Counted from the stretch's first letter, positions 13,501-26,700 are shown. The stretch: DNA of 59,628 nucleotides from Oopsacas minuta (GCA_024704765.1 JAKMXF010000345.1:204397-264024), one strand, 5' to 3'. Numbers and translations are program-made. The notes: generated by a model not told the origin, from the letters alone.

Positions 13501-16500
13501 TACATGTTGTTATATAAAGGTCATATTATAGTTGTATTTTGCATAAAATGTACAAATATGTTGTTACCTGGTTTTGTGCAGAAGTGACAATTTATTAGAA
13601 TATTACAAAAATGATTAATCCATCCATTTGATATAGGACCAGCACCTCCTGGTTTATATCTGAAACTAACACAATCATAGTCAGCTGTATCTGCAGGGTA
13701 TGTCGCTCCTGATGTACCGAAGTTCCTATATGTACTTGTGTTGCCATCTACCCACACAAATGCACTACCATCAGTACCAGCATCTACAAGTATATCATTC
13801 AGGCCAATATAGCATCTAAAGTATGTTTGTATATCCGTTATACTATAATATAATAAATCGTCTTCTACTTCTGACTTGATTGTAGCAAGATTTCCTCCCC
13901 ATAAGATACAGCTGAGTTGTGCAGTTAGCCAGTCTATAGAAGGTGAATTGGTGAAATATCCAAATGTTGTTCCATCAAATGTAAATTCTTCTTCTGGATC
14001 CATAACTAAGATAGATTATGTATTTGTATAAAAAATCGCTACTTTCTGAGGTAAGTGTATTCAGCGTGTATATATTCAAGAGCCTTTTCATGTATGTTAA
14101 TTTTACAATATAATTCATAGAATATTTGTTTTAAGAATATTTTACCTGTAAGAGCAGGTGATGATGTAATGTTAATCTGCATAGCAATCACCTCTTCTTG
14201 ATCCCAGTTGTCATCAGTATAGAATGTATATATTCCTTCATCAGCTTGTATGAATTCTGAGATAACTAAAGTGGAACTTGTAGTATCCACACCTTCTGGA
14301 TCAGTCCATTTTCCCTCTAGGGTAATGGTGAGAGAAACATTTTTTGTTTCTAATGCGATATCAATCACATTCATTGATGGATATGTTAATGAGAAGCTTT
14401 CAACCAGAAACTGACCGTAGTGAACGGACATTTCGGGAACTAAAGCAACAGTTTGTATATATGAAGATAGCTTTTATTGAAATGATATGAAATTCACCTG
14501 TAATTGAAAGATTGATAGTAACGATGGTAGTCCCTTCTCTCATACAGCTAAATTCTGTAGACTCTGTTGGTAATGTAGCACTCTCAGTATTTACGTGAAT
14601 TGGGTTATTATACATACTATTCCACATAATTGTACTCAAACTACCAATCTCAGTAGGATTACACAACAGTAATACAGTGTCTCTGTCTACTCCTACAATA
14701 TATATGTATGTTTGTCCTTCAACCGCAACTAGATAGATAAGTTGGTGTTATCAAGACTGTAAAATATATTAAAATATATTAAAGTGATCTACTTACCTGT
14801 TGTTAAGGATGGATCATACAATCCAATCGTATAAGTTAATGAATTGACCTCGCACTGATAGTAACCTTGTTTGGTAATATCAACTGCTAACCAGCTCCAT
14901 CCAGCTTCCATATTCTCATAGGTTGGCGTTTCTGGTTGACTAGATGATAGATCTGAATTCTCTGAAAATAGCCATGTAATGGCTATATTCTCTTCTCCTC
15001 CATAAGCTAATGTATGTGGGGTGAACAAAAATGTGTTTTCACTAATTGTTTCAAAGTTTAATCTTCCATTAGTAAGTTGTCCAAATCCTCCAACTAAAGC
15101 ACATATACATATGCTATATCAAATTTCTAGCGTTATAGTATAAATAATATATACTGACCTATTGTTACAGATGAATTTCTTTTACATAGAAAAGCATTTG
15201 TCGTTGTTTCACAGTCCACGGTTTCCCAATTACCTCCTCCAGCACTTGTTATTTCTACACAATCTTCATTGCCAGCATTCGGTGGGCTATTTGGCCAATT
15301 AGTATAAGTAGATGTTGAATCATCAGTCCAGGTATATGTTCCATCGTTATTATCTCTATCATTCAATCCTATCCAGCAATTACTCACTGTGTCAGGGATA
15401 ATAGTGTATAAGTAGTTACTATCTCTCTCTGTAGTAATACTAGTCAAATCACCACCCCATATAGCACAACTAGATTGTGCATCTAGCCAGTTGATTCCAT
15501 CACTCACTTCGAAGACTCGATTGCAAAATCCATTATAGAACAGATCACATCCTTGTGAGTTACCTACAAATTTTAGACGATAAAGTACCAGAAATACAGT
15601 TATAGTAACTAATAAGTAATAAGACTTTTGATAAATATCAATTACCTTGTTTATTACAGATGTAACAATTTGTAGTATCAGTACAAGCTTGATTTGCCCA
15701 ACCAGTTGATAATTCACCAGTAGATTTGTATCTGTTTCTGCCACAGTCCCAAGTGGCTGTTGCTACAGGATATGATTGTCCAAGTGTATCGAAGTTCCTA
15801 TAAGTACTGTTACTACCATCTACCCATACAAATGCATTAGCATCAGAACCAGCATCATTTTCTATATCATTTAGACCTATCCAACATGAAAAGTATGTAT
15901 TTATATCTGTACTACTATAGAACAGTAAGCTATCTTCTATTGCTGAGTTGATTGTAGCAAGATTTCCTCCCCAGTTCAGGCAATCAAGTTGACTAGTAAA
16001 CCATGTTGTATCAGTGGTAGTGAAGAACCCAATTGCTGAATTATCGTATGTTAGTTCAATATCTGGAGTTCCTATAGGAATACATTTTATTAAATTCGAT
16101 TAGTTTTCGGTATGATCGAAAGTTTTTCAACTGATTATATCGCATTTGAGTGGTATGGCAGATAACATACAATTCCCCAGGAAAAAATGATAATATAACA
16201 TACCCATACCTGTCACTGTAGTTGAAGATGTTAATTGAATTTGGATGATACATACTTCATCATTATCCCAGTTGTTGGTATAGAACTTGTATAATCCACC
16301 GTTTTGTGATGAAAATTTTGGAATAGTTAAAGTAGATCCTGTAGAATTCGTATCATCTGGAAGAGTCCAACTACCATCAATATTGATTGACAGGATAACA
16401 TCTTGTACTGCTAAAGGAACTGCTAGCGTATTCACCTCTGTACAGAGTAATGTAAAGTTTTCAGCTGGTACAACACCGTAACTTATGGTTAACAAGGGGG

Positions 16501-19464
16501 CTACAAACAATATTGATCCATAATTGCGATCAAAAAGAATATTTCATTCAAATTCAAGATGTACCTATTACACTGATGGTATTTGTTGATAATACAGTAG
16601 CACCTCTCTTGCAGGAAAATTCTGTAGAATCCTCTGATAAAGTAGCTCTTGAATTATATATATTGATAGGATTAATGAAGTCTCCAAAACCTAATAGAGT
16701 CCATCTCAACATACTCAAACTACCATTGTCCATTGGATCACACAACAGTAATACATCCTCTCTGTCAATTCCAACTATATAATGATATGATGAAGCTCCT
16801 GCTGCAACTAAATAGAAGAATTTGAGGTCAATGAATTAGTAAGTGGGATAATAATATATAGAAATATTACACAGAGATATACTCACCAGTTGTTAATGAA
16901 TTATCATATAAACCAATCGTATAAGTTGTTGAATTGGCCTCGCACTGATAATATCCTTGTTTGGTAATATCAACTGCTAACCAGCTCCATCCAGCTTCAA
17001 TATTCTCATAGGTTGCTATTTCTGGTTGGCTAGATGATAGATCTGAATTCTCTGAAAATATCCATGTAATGGCTATATTCTCTTCTCCTCCATAAGCTAA
17101 TGTATGTGGAGTGAACAAAAATGTGTTTTCACTAATTGTTTCAAAGTCTAATCTTCCATTAGTAAGTTGTCCAAATCCTCCAACTAAAACATATACATAT
17201 GCTATATCAAATTACTAGCGTTTATAGTATAAATAATATATACTGACCTGTTGTTACAGATGAATTTCTTTTACATAGAAAAGCATTTATTGTTGTTATG
17301 TCACAGTCCGCAGTCTCCCAACTACCCTCTCCAGTTCTTATTATGTCAACACAATCTTCATCAATAACATTTGGTGCACTTCCTGTCCAGTTTGTACGAC
17401 TATATACTGAACCATCAATCCAGGTATACGTTCCATCGTTATTATCTCTATCATTCAATCCTATCCAACAATTACTCACTGTATCAGGGATAATAGTGTA
17501 TAAGTAATTATTCTCTCTCTCTGTAGTAATACTAGTCAAGTCACCACCCCATATAGCACAGCTGGATTGAGCATCTAACCAGTTGATTCCATCACTCACT
17601 TCAAATAATCGATAGCAAAAGTCATTATAGATCAGATCACATCCTTTTGAGTTACCTATCAAATTAAATAACTAAATTGAATAAAAGTATTTTCAACAGT
17701 TTAGTAAATTGAAAGTAACAAAATACATTTTATTATATTTTCCCAGTTCAGTATTTTCCTTTCTTATCTGTATTATTTTAGTGTAACCATTGTCCAGGAT
17801 TTTATACATCAATACAGGATTCTCGAGATTATTATTTTGAATAGTCGGATGTTACAATTATGTGATTAGAGATAAACTTCCCTGAAGATGTCGAATTTTA
17901 CCCATAGTATACTATTGCTACACATAACACAACTCATTTTAGAACCTGCATGCAGCTAATATATAATCTTGCTATCACATAGCTGTCTTTAACTTTTCTG
18001 AAGAATATACATAAATTCTTAAACTGGTTACCAATACCAGCGGCAGCTTTGTAATGTTAAATGAGGTCTCACGCTATTTCTATTGCAAAATTAAACATCC
18101 ATTTATATTTTTCTATAAGTACTTATCAAATAATTATTAATATAATGTCCAGGATCTTGTCCAGGACTTTGAAAATTATCTCCAGGAAAATTCCAGGAAT
18201 TTTAATGTATGATGCTCCAATATACTGGAATTAGACCTAAATATGCTGGTCACCATAAAATTTATTTTTGAGGCTTACTTTTTACTACAATCACTTACCT
18301 GCTTTGTTGCAGAAGTAACAAGACCTAGTAAGTTCACAACCTCTATTAATCCAACCGGTTGATAATTCTCTTACTACATTGTTATATCTGAATCTAACAC
18401 AGTCCTGACCAGCAACTCCTGTGGGACTTACTACTCCAAATTCAGATTGGAAGTTCCTATAAGTACCGGTACTACCATCTACCCATACAAATGCACTAGC
18501 ATTCGTATCAGCCTCTACATCTATATCATTTAGACCAATTAAACATGCAAAAGCATTATCTAAATCTGTTATGCTATAGAACAATAAGCTGTCTTCTACT
18601 CCTGACTTGATTGTAGCAAGATTTCCTCCCCAGTTATTGCATTCTAATTCGGCATCTAGCCAATTTATTGGGCTCACTATGAAGTATCCAAAGGTTGTAT
18701 CATCATATATTAGAGAAATATTAGGAGTTTGTGCTTAAGAAAGAGATTAAGAATATGTTATTAAATTTATACGTTAGTATATTGACTAGCTAATTCTATA
18801 CAAAACTATTCAACCGAACCATTTTACAAAGTCATTCTACATATATATCCTAATATTTACTTATAATTATAGGTTATGTGTCGGACAAATACTACAATTA
18901 TTACATCGTTAAGTATACACCATTTAATCGTCCAAACTTTAATGGGATTACTAGAACCTGCATTCCGATATTGTAAGGAACTTTAACCAAGCATATCGTA
19001 GCAGGTAGCAAACATGGATACATTGAATTAAACTCCGCGAATTGTGGATAATTATGGCGTCCAATGCTATTTTCTCGGGTTGTAGCTTGACCCGTATCAA
19101 TAGTATAATCCTATGAATATTGGTTTGGTAGAAACCTGACCAACCTGACCAACCCGACCGCCTTCTACAGCAATTAGTATGAACTAGGGTCAACTATGAT
19201 ATTTACCAAATTCTGTTTATTAACGACCCCCAAGTGCAGTAGCTGGACAAAGGTCCTTATGACAGACGTTCCCTACGTACACGTCATGTAAAAGTTGTGG
19301 TAATAAGATTCGACTGTTTACGAAAAGTACGCACATGTATATACATATTTGCTATTAGCTAAGTCAGAAATTTTAAACATAATAAGATAGTTACCTGTTA
19401 AGATGCCGGAAAGTGAAGCACTTATCGTGAACAATAGAACAACTTGATGAAAGTTAGTTCCCAT
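7576..19464 (-). CDS. Gene B (3'-truncated by gap): signal peptide + 4 x [CTL-B, CTL-A, Ig1, Ig2, Ig3] + 3 further Ig-like + TM + Tyr-motif tail + D2-like pseudophosphatase; about 2,860 aa up to the gap
   Basis: Exons: 19464-19395 (MGTNFHQVVLLFTISASLSGILT); module 1 18733-18299, 17655-17248, 17183-16887, 16807-16565, 16500-16210; module 2 16071-15646, 15563-15159, 15093-14797, 14728-14498, 14439-14146; module 3 14005-13568, 13401-13006, 12944-12648, 12590-12360, 12294-12001; module 4 11844-11401, 11343-10942, 10875-10579, 10390-10145, 9942-9667; then 9596-9318, 9249-8965, 8868-gap. All 22 internal ectodomain exons have lengths divisible by 3 and GT-AG ends; no stops were seen. Confidence 0.88.
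15646..16071 (-). CDS. Intact CTL-B exon of gene B largely missed by the ORF track (no in-frame ATG)
   Basis: Translates openly as GTPDIELTYDNSAIGFF..LDCLNWGGNLATI..SCWIGLND..FVWVDG..WDCGRNRY..GWANQAC..NCYICNKQ; acceptor TATAG, donor GTAATT; 426 nt. Confidence 0.9.
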
Positions 19465-20530
19465 CTCAGTTCAAGTTAGTTTGGTTCTTATAATACCAAT
19501 GAATATATTCCATAACTTGCAATTTATTATTCCTAAATTCAACATGCAAAGAAGATTAGTTACAAATGAAATACGAGAACTAAGTGAATATATTGCAACA
19601 TGCAAGATAGTTCAGTGGTTCGATTACGTTTTGAAAGTATAATATTGGATAATTACTTTTCTTGAGTTTAATATGCAACATTCATATTCTAATAAACTCT
19701 ATAATGAGTTAGGTAACAACATGTAAGAGATTTCAGTGATTCTCAAAGCAGATTACTTTATGCAGTTATTACTGAGCTTCAAAATTGAGTCATTTATGCC
19801 GCGGTTCATAGACTGCTATACTCACCTGTATTGCAAAATTTCAAATATATTGTGGAAGATATCCCAAATGTTGTTGATTCGTCTTTACTCATTTTACCAT
19901 TTCATTTGTTCAACTATTAATAGCAGTATAATTCATGTCAATTGTTGGGGTTGTCTTATCCATGAACTTGAGTTTATAATTCAAATTTAAGATATTTCAT
20001 TCATTCAAGAATTATTGTAGGTTTGCATATCAATCGACTCGACTTAATTACACTAGCTTATGTCCAGATCTGAGATGTTTTAATCGTGAGATATCCCTGA
20101 CGATTGTATTAGAATTGTAAGTGGATATATTTCTGGTGGATTCATGTGGATTATAGCTAATATCTCATTTCAAACTTTTTGCCATGCAAAATACTCCGAA
20201 TTCGCCTGTTTACACATTATTATTCTTCTATTTCCTCTAGCTTTGCTATGCTATCTGATTTTCTCTGATGAACAAATATTGTACTATACATTTCTAACTG
20301 CATACATTTGTCCAACATTTACTTATATACTCAGTATTATGGTCTCTGAGATTTTTAGATTGTATTGTGTTTTTGCGTTTTATTGTATAGATTGACTATC
20401 ATTCAGTATTTATGGTGAAATCAGGCAAATCTATAATTATACAACACAAATAATCAAAAGAACAAAATATTAAACAATATGGCAGCAGGTAATGTTCAGG
20501 TTCTTATCATACACTTCTTTCTTCAACTCA

Positions 20531-20826
20531 CTATAGTATTGCAATATCACAGTAGTACTCATTCTTCAATGCGAAGCAAGATAAGTAGTGATTCTAGAAA
20601 ATATACACATATAAAGTTCCGCACTGAAAATGGCTCAATGTAAGAAATTCGGTCGAATATGCAAATTTTAGTTTGAAGCATTAAGTTGTGAGAAAAATAG
20701 TAACTCACCAACTCTGGGATAGAATTCATTCTTTCACTTCTCAATTTCTTGATAATTTGGAAAATATCAACCTCATTCCTCCCAATACTTTCCTGTATAG
20801 CATTAAAGAGGAGTTCTACCAGTCTT
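20531..20826 (-). pseudogene. Orphan C-terminal PTP-D2 fragment plus intact terminal exon
   Basis: 20826-20709: KTG, a frameshifting deletion, then NAIQESIGRNEVDIFQIIKKLRSERMNSIPEL with donor GTGAGT. 20593-20531: NHYLSCFALKNEYYCDIAIL*, homologous to the gene D last exon. Confidence 0.75.
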
Positions 20827-21073
20827 AATACAATTATTCTCAATTTAATTTCTCCGTTTTATGCATACAAATATATGGGATAGATTATTAAGTAATTTGA
20901 CTGAGGTTTGCTGACTACCAGTATATGGAAAATTTAACTTTAGAGATATATTCTTACATTTATCTGTGTTGTAGGCAGTCAGAGAGTTAAATTACTCAAA
21001 TTACTATTAAATAATAGAATACTTGTGTATTGGAGAAGTTCTGTTTGGAAAGATATTATTTTATGGTGAAGGA

Positions 21074-21689
21074 ATGAGAACAGATTATTTGTTTATTTTG
21101 GTAATATTTGTGCTGCAGATATTGTCAGTTATTGGACAAGGTAATTAATATATGTGAATTTACTGGGTATTGCTTATAAGAACACTGGTTATCGAATATA
21201 GGAACCATCCTCTTGAAAACGGTTATGAGAACATATATTGCTACTCCCAAGGGTGTTCTTATAAGCAATAACCATTGTGTATACTATTAGCAGTTAGATT
21301 CGTACTCATTTTGCTGAGTACACAAGTATAAATCGAAAATTACTTATTTATAATATATAGAAGGGGAGGATATTTAATTATTTCGTAAGAGTTTTGATGG
21401 GATTTATGATTTCTTAATTTTCTAGATTCTCAAATAACAATATCAACCACCAGCACCCCTTACACAACCTTACCTCCTAACAGCAACACTGCAGAAATTA
21501 TTGTACTAACTCAGGATGTTACTTTAGAAGCTAATATAACAGGGATATGGCAGAGACCTGACAAAACATATAGTACCGATAATACAATCAATTTTGATGT
21601 TTTCACTGTCGCCTATGTTGGATTGTACAAATTTTATGCTGGTGATGTAAACGGAGATGTATCGATACAGATTGACATTTCTGCTACAG
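21074..21689 (+). CDS. Inverted paralog: signal-peptide exon + Ig3-type domain exon (absent from ORF track); downstream exons not identified
   Basis: 21074-21140 MRTDYLFILVIFVLQILSVIGQ + donor GTAATT (67 nt, phase 1). 21426-21689 DSQITISTT..EANITGIWQRPD..YVGLYKFY..SIQIDISAT + donor GTAAAT (264 nt, open), resembling the cluster's GxWxLPD..GLYxFY..AIQI domain. Confidence 0.75.
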
Positions 21690-23780
21690 GTAAATATTGT
21701 ATATATTACGTCTGTAGGTAAGCACTTCAGTAAATATTGTGGAATCCGCCTATTAGCAACCGTTTTCATCGACATGGCCATAAAGTGATGGTTTGTATGG
21801 TAATTTGTGTGTATAATAGCCCAATTGCTTAATAATAGGACAGTGCTTACAGGAAAAGTATTGGCTACACAACTAGATATATCTGTCGATCACGGTTGAA
21901 GATTTATGATCATAATGAAGAGGAACACAAATTTGTATTTGTTATTTGTATCTAAATTGCATTACGAAGAAGCCATAATAATGCAATTAATCTTTGGCTT
22001 GGATTCTGGACACATCCAACCTATATTGATAAACAACTTGGTTATTCAAACTGAGGTACACTATTTTATTTTGCTGGTTTGTCATCTTTGCCGATTCATA
22101 TACCACATTTACTCAAATAGTAGCCCCTCCCCGTACAATCATCATAATCGCCCGCTCAATTTGGGTGACGTACACAATCATTGCTGTGATGAAACTGACA
22201 CAATAACTACGATGGACTAACATAATGACTTTCATATTAATCATATACACTGGCTAACTTGATACTAGAATCTTATAAATGTAACCTAAAACTTTTCATT
22301 ATCTTCTCTAATTTATAATTCCATGATTTATATTGCCACGTTCAAAAAATGGAATATTCCCTATCCTATAGGAAGAAACAATGATTATGAACCTGTTATC
22401 CATCTTCTATGATTGCATTTACGTTTCCATATTTTTCCTGCTCATGGTTGTGTGGGCACGAATATGCACTTTTTTAGACACTTTGTGAAAGTGCACCCAT
22501 ATGGTAGCACATTAGTAGGTTATTATTGGATCATTATGCTCTGCTAACGTACGTAAATATTAATTGATGATGCAATTATTAGCAATTATTAAACAATCTT
22601 TTCATGATAATTTAGTTAACATACACTTAGCTATGAATTTCTTAACTAGAAATTCATTGTTCGTCTTATCTGGAAATTCATAGTAATCATGTTTGTATTA
22701 AGAGCTTTCACTGTATTTCTCAAATCCACCAAAATTTGGTAAGCAAGTAGAATATGAAACTGATTCACATGACAAACAATCATAACTATCATTAAACATG
22801 TCTCATTGTCTATCAGAACACAAGAATATACAACTAGTAATTTATGTATATACGTATATGTATAACAACAAAAACAAGAAACATAATAGAAAAGTATCCA
22901 CAAATATTTAAACATCACGATGTATATTAGAGATGAATAGAACAATATTCGTTTAGAAGCGAATAGCAAGTTGTATAACATGCCTAGAAGAGGAATAGAT
23001 AATAGAAATATAGTGTGAAGAATTGGTATAAGGGTATTATAGATGGACTCGCGTTCTGTCGAATTATAATTACTTATCGAATAGAATATGGAAACATTCA
23101 AACTAGTCATACAAAGTAATACTAGATAATTGGGCTGTAAAATGTGACAACATTGGTGGACTTGAAGGGAACGGTTTGCCCTGCACTTCCACAGTTTTCC
23201 CGTTTACCCCACAAAGTGATGTTATTGCATTATTCGATAGTTCTCTATCTTATGGATACGTTGTAAAATTTTAGAGTTCTATCATTATTTAGCACTTTGA
23301 CTAGCATTCCATAGCCATGTCTTCAAACCATCTAGCCATAAGGGCAAAGTACACTCGAATAGTTATATCAATTATTGTATAAATAGTATCTATTACATGT
23401 TTTTAACATGATGTATACATTAAATAGCCCTATTTGTAATGTTTTTATGATATTTGCACCCAAACGTTAATTTCCCCACACCGCTGTGAAGTAGATTTGG
23501 CCCGCCAGAGATCTACACACGATCCAGATTCGCAGTAAAAAATATCAAATAGTTCCGACCACTGGGAGAAGTATAAGAATTGTAAGGTATACTTTCCCTT
23601 TGAATAGATAGGTATAGAAATATTCGCAAGGAATTAAAATAGAAAACTGATACCGAGAATCCAAAAAGAATCTTTGAGATATTTCCGTAGTGGTGTGAAA
23701 TCATTGAAATATATCGTCAAAACAATATATTTTCATATAAACGAAGATAGGAATGTATATGACAGTTATCAAATACTTAC

Positions 23781-26700
23781 CAAGGTAGGAACATTGTTCA
23801 TTCTTTGTTTACGCAAGTTCTTAACAACATTGAAGATGTTAATTGATTTTCTTATGTTAAGTTCTCTGATAGAATTCAACACTGTCATTATGATGCCAGT
23901 CTTAGAGATACCATCTTCACAATGTATAATAATAGGAACATTATTGGAGTCTTGTTTCTGTTTCATAATTCTGTTCAGAAGGGCGATAGCACACACTACA
24001 TCATTCACTGTACCATCTTCATTCCATATTGGAGATATACACTGAGTGAATGAGTGTTCCTTTCCTGCTAAAGTATTCTTCAAACATATTTCCTGTTTCA
24101 CAAATGCATTCTTTTCAGTCGAATTTATCAAAGTAGAAACAAAAGGTCCACAATTGATAGGTTCATCCTTCTTAGGCCAGTAACAGACACGATTAGATAT
24201 TCCACTGAGTATCTTAGCTTTCTCCTTTCTTGTAGTCAGCATTATCACCATACTAGCTTCTGTTTGATAGATCATTTGTAGGAAATCTAGATGTGTCTCT
24301 TTAGTTGGATTGATGGTAGCAATGAATCGATAACTTTCTAACCAACTAGCATTGATAAAATTACAGTCAAAGTGTGTAGAATCTAATACAACCCTGTTTT
24401 CATCAAATGGTAGAATGTTTTTAATTGGATTCTTTTGAAAATTTTCCTCTTTCAATGCCTCTCTACTTTCTGGTACAACAGCCTTCTTAGATTCTTCATT
24501 TAACTTTTCAAATTCCACAGAAAATAATGAATCATTTCCTATTCCAGATTCTACATACTGTCCATACATTGTAGGAAATTCTGTTATTGGTATGAATTTT
24601 GCTATGAATCTTTCTTCCTTTACCGAACTAATGGATGGGTAGTTTTCATAAGATAGCTCTTCCTTCATTTCTAAATAGCCACTTTTCTCTTTTTTTGTTG
24701 CATTTTGGTTTGGAATATTTTCACGTTGAATATTTGACAAATTAGCATAACTTCGTTCATTGGGATTAGTGGGTGCGTCTAGAGTAGTTAATGATGTCTC
24801 ATCTACCGTCATATACTCAGGATTTGTATTTACAGATGAGAGATCTATGCACTCTTTAGGTTGTGGATTGATTTCCGATAAATTTGCATAACCAAGATTA
24901 CTTTCATTACCTGTTATATAGGATTTGGAGGGTTTAGGACGTTTAGATACTTTTGCCTTTGTTGGTCTTCTTCTCTTTACGTGTAGAAAGATGAATATTG
25001 GAACTAGAATACTTGTAGCTACAATTATACATGTGATCGATAATAGCACAATGATTATTATCGGTAGTAATGCACTGTTTGCTGCTGCTTCTGTTAGAGT
25101 TTGTATAGAAATATGTACTGTGGTATATTCTACGCCAGAACTTGTAGAACGAACCAATGAGAAAGTCTCTTTAAAGTTAGAAGGTATTTCAGATATGCTA
25201 TATGTAGATGCAATGATTGTATCTTTTTCATTTGATATCATCCATACACATTCAGGTAGAGTGCAGGTTAACGTAATATCTTTGGTTCCTTGATGTATAC
25301 TGATTACTTGTGGAGATGGAAATAATTCATTACTAATATCACTTGTGGTAAAGGTGTACCCTTCATAACTGATTGTTACTTCTACTGTATCTGTAAATAT
25401 ATGATAGATAATTTAATGATTTAATATATAATATCAACAAACCTTTGATTGCTAGCTGGAGATTTCCTAGAGAAGTGACTGGACTCATCCTATAGAACGA
25501 AGTTATTGTATGTAAACCTGCTCCCACATTAGAGAATACTGCAATTAATAACACTGGATTTGGGTACTCAATACTGTATTCCATATTTTCCCCATCGTTT
25601 ACAGTGTCTGTTGTCCAACGTATTTTAGTATCTGGAATTTCTGTGTTTGAATAGTAGAGTCTATCAATAATAGAACCAACAGTATAGTTCACTTGTAAAG
25701 GAATGTTAAAGTTGGTTATTTCTTCTAGAAAAACACACACAGTAAATATGGATCGCATATTGGTATATTCCCTGTGTAGAATGCGAAGATATTACTATTA
25801 AATCGCTATTACCTATTCCATCAATTGTTACAGTAATATTGATCTGTATTGCACAGACTTCTAGCCCATCCCAGTTGGTAATATATAACTTATATACGCC
25901 ATTATTCTGTGATGTGAAAGTTGAAATTGCTAGAGTAAAGAATTGATAGCTTCCATCAGGTAGCATCCATCTACCCTCAATGTTATTTGAAATAGAAATG
26001 TTCTTGATACCAATAGGAATTTCTATATTATTCATGACCGGGTAAACTGATGAAACTTTTCCAATAATGAGATCACCATATTGGAGGATTATTTGTGGTA
26101 CTAGAGGAAATAATGTGAGGATAATTGGATAACAATATTACTTTACGTAGTAAGACTACCTCTATAATTAATTTTGTTTTTGATATTTCTTCTCCATCTC
26201 TCGAACAATTGATGCTATAGTAACCGATTGACTTATCACCAATCATTTTGTATATGTTGATTGGATTGGGAAGAGTATCACTACCCTCTACAGACCATAT
26301 TAACAGAGACAGGTTACCACTATCCATCGGATCGCATAGCAGTAATACATTCTGTCTGTCTACTCCTACTGTATAGTTGTATGTAGTTTCAGATACAGCA
26401 ACTAGATGGGAGATTAGAGTGATAAATGAGTTAGGCTAATCAAAGAGTGCCAAACATGCTGACCTGTTGTTAAGGATGGATTGTATAACCCAATCGTATA
26501 AGTTAATGAATTGGCTTGACACTGATAATATCCTTGTTGGGTAATATCAGCTGCTAGTCAGCTCCATCCAGCTTCCATATTCTCATAGGTTGCTAGTAGT
26601 GTTTGACTAGGTGATAGATCTGAATTCTCTGAAAATATCCATATAATTTCAGTTTCCTCTTCTCCTCCATAAACTAATGTACGTGAAGTGAACAAGAATG

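Noticed and set aside
23513-23704. Local terminal exon for gene A
   Set aside because: The first AG after the donor gives ILFGFSVSVF.., which has no similarity to the PTP final helix seen in the two real terminal exons.
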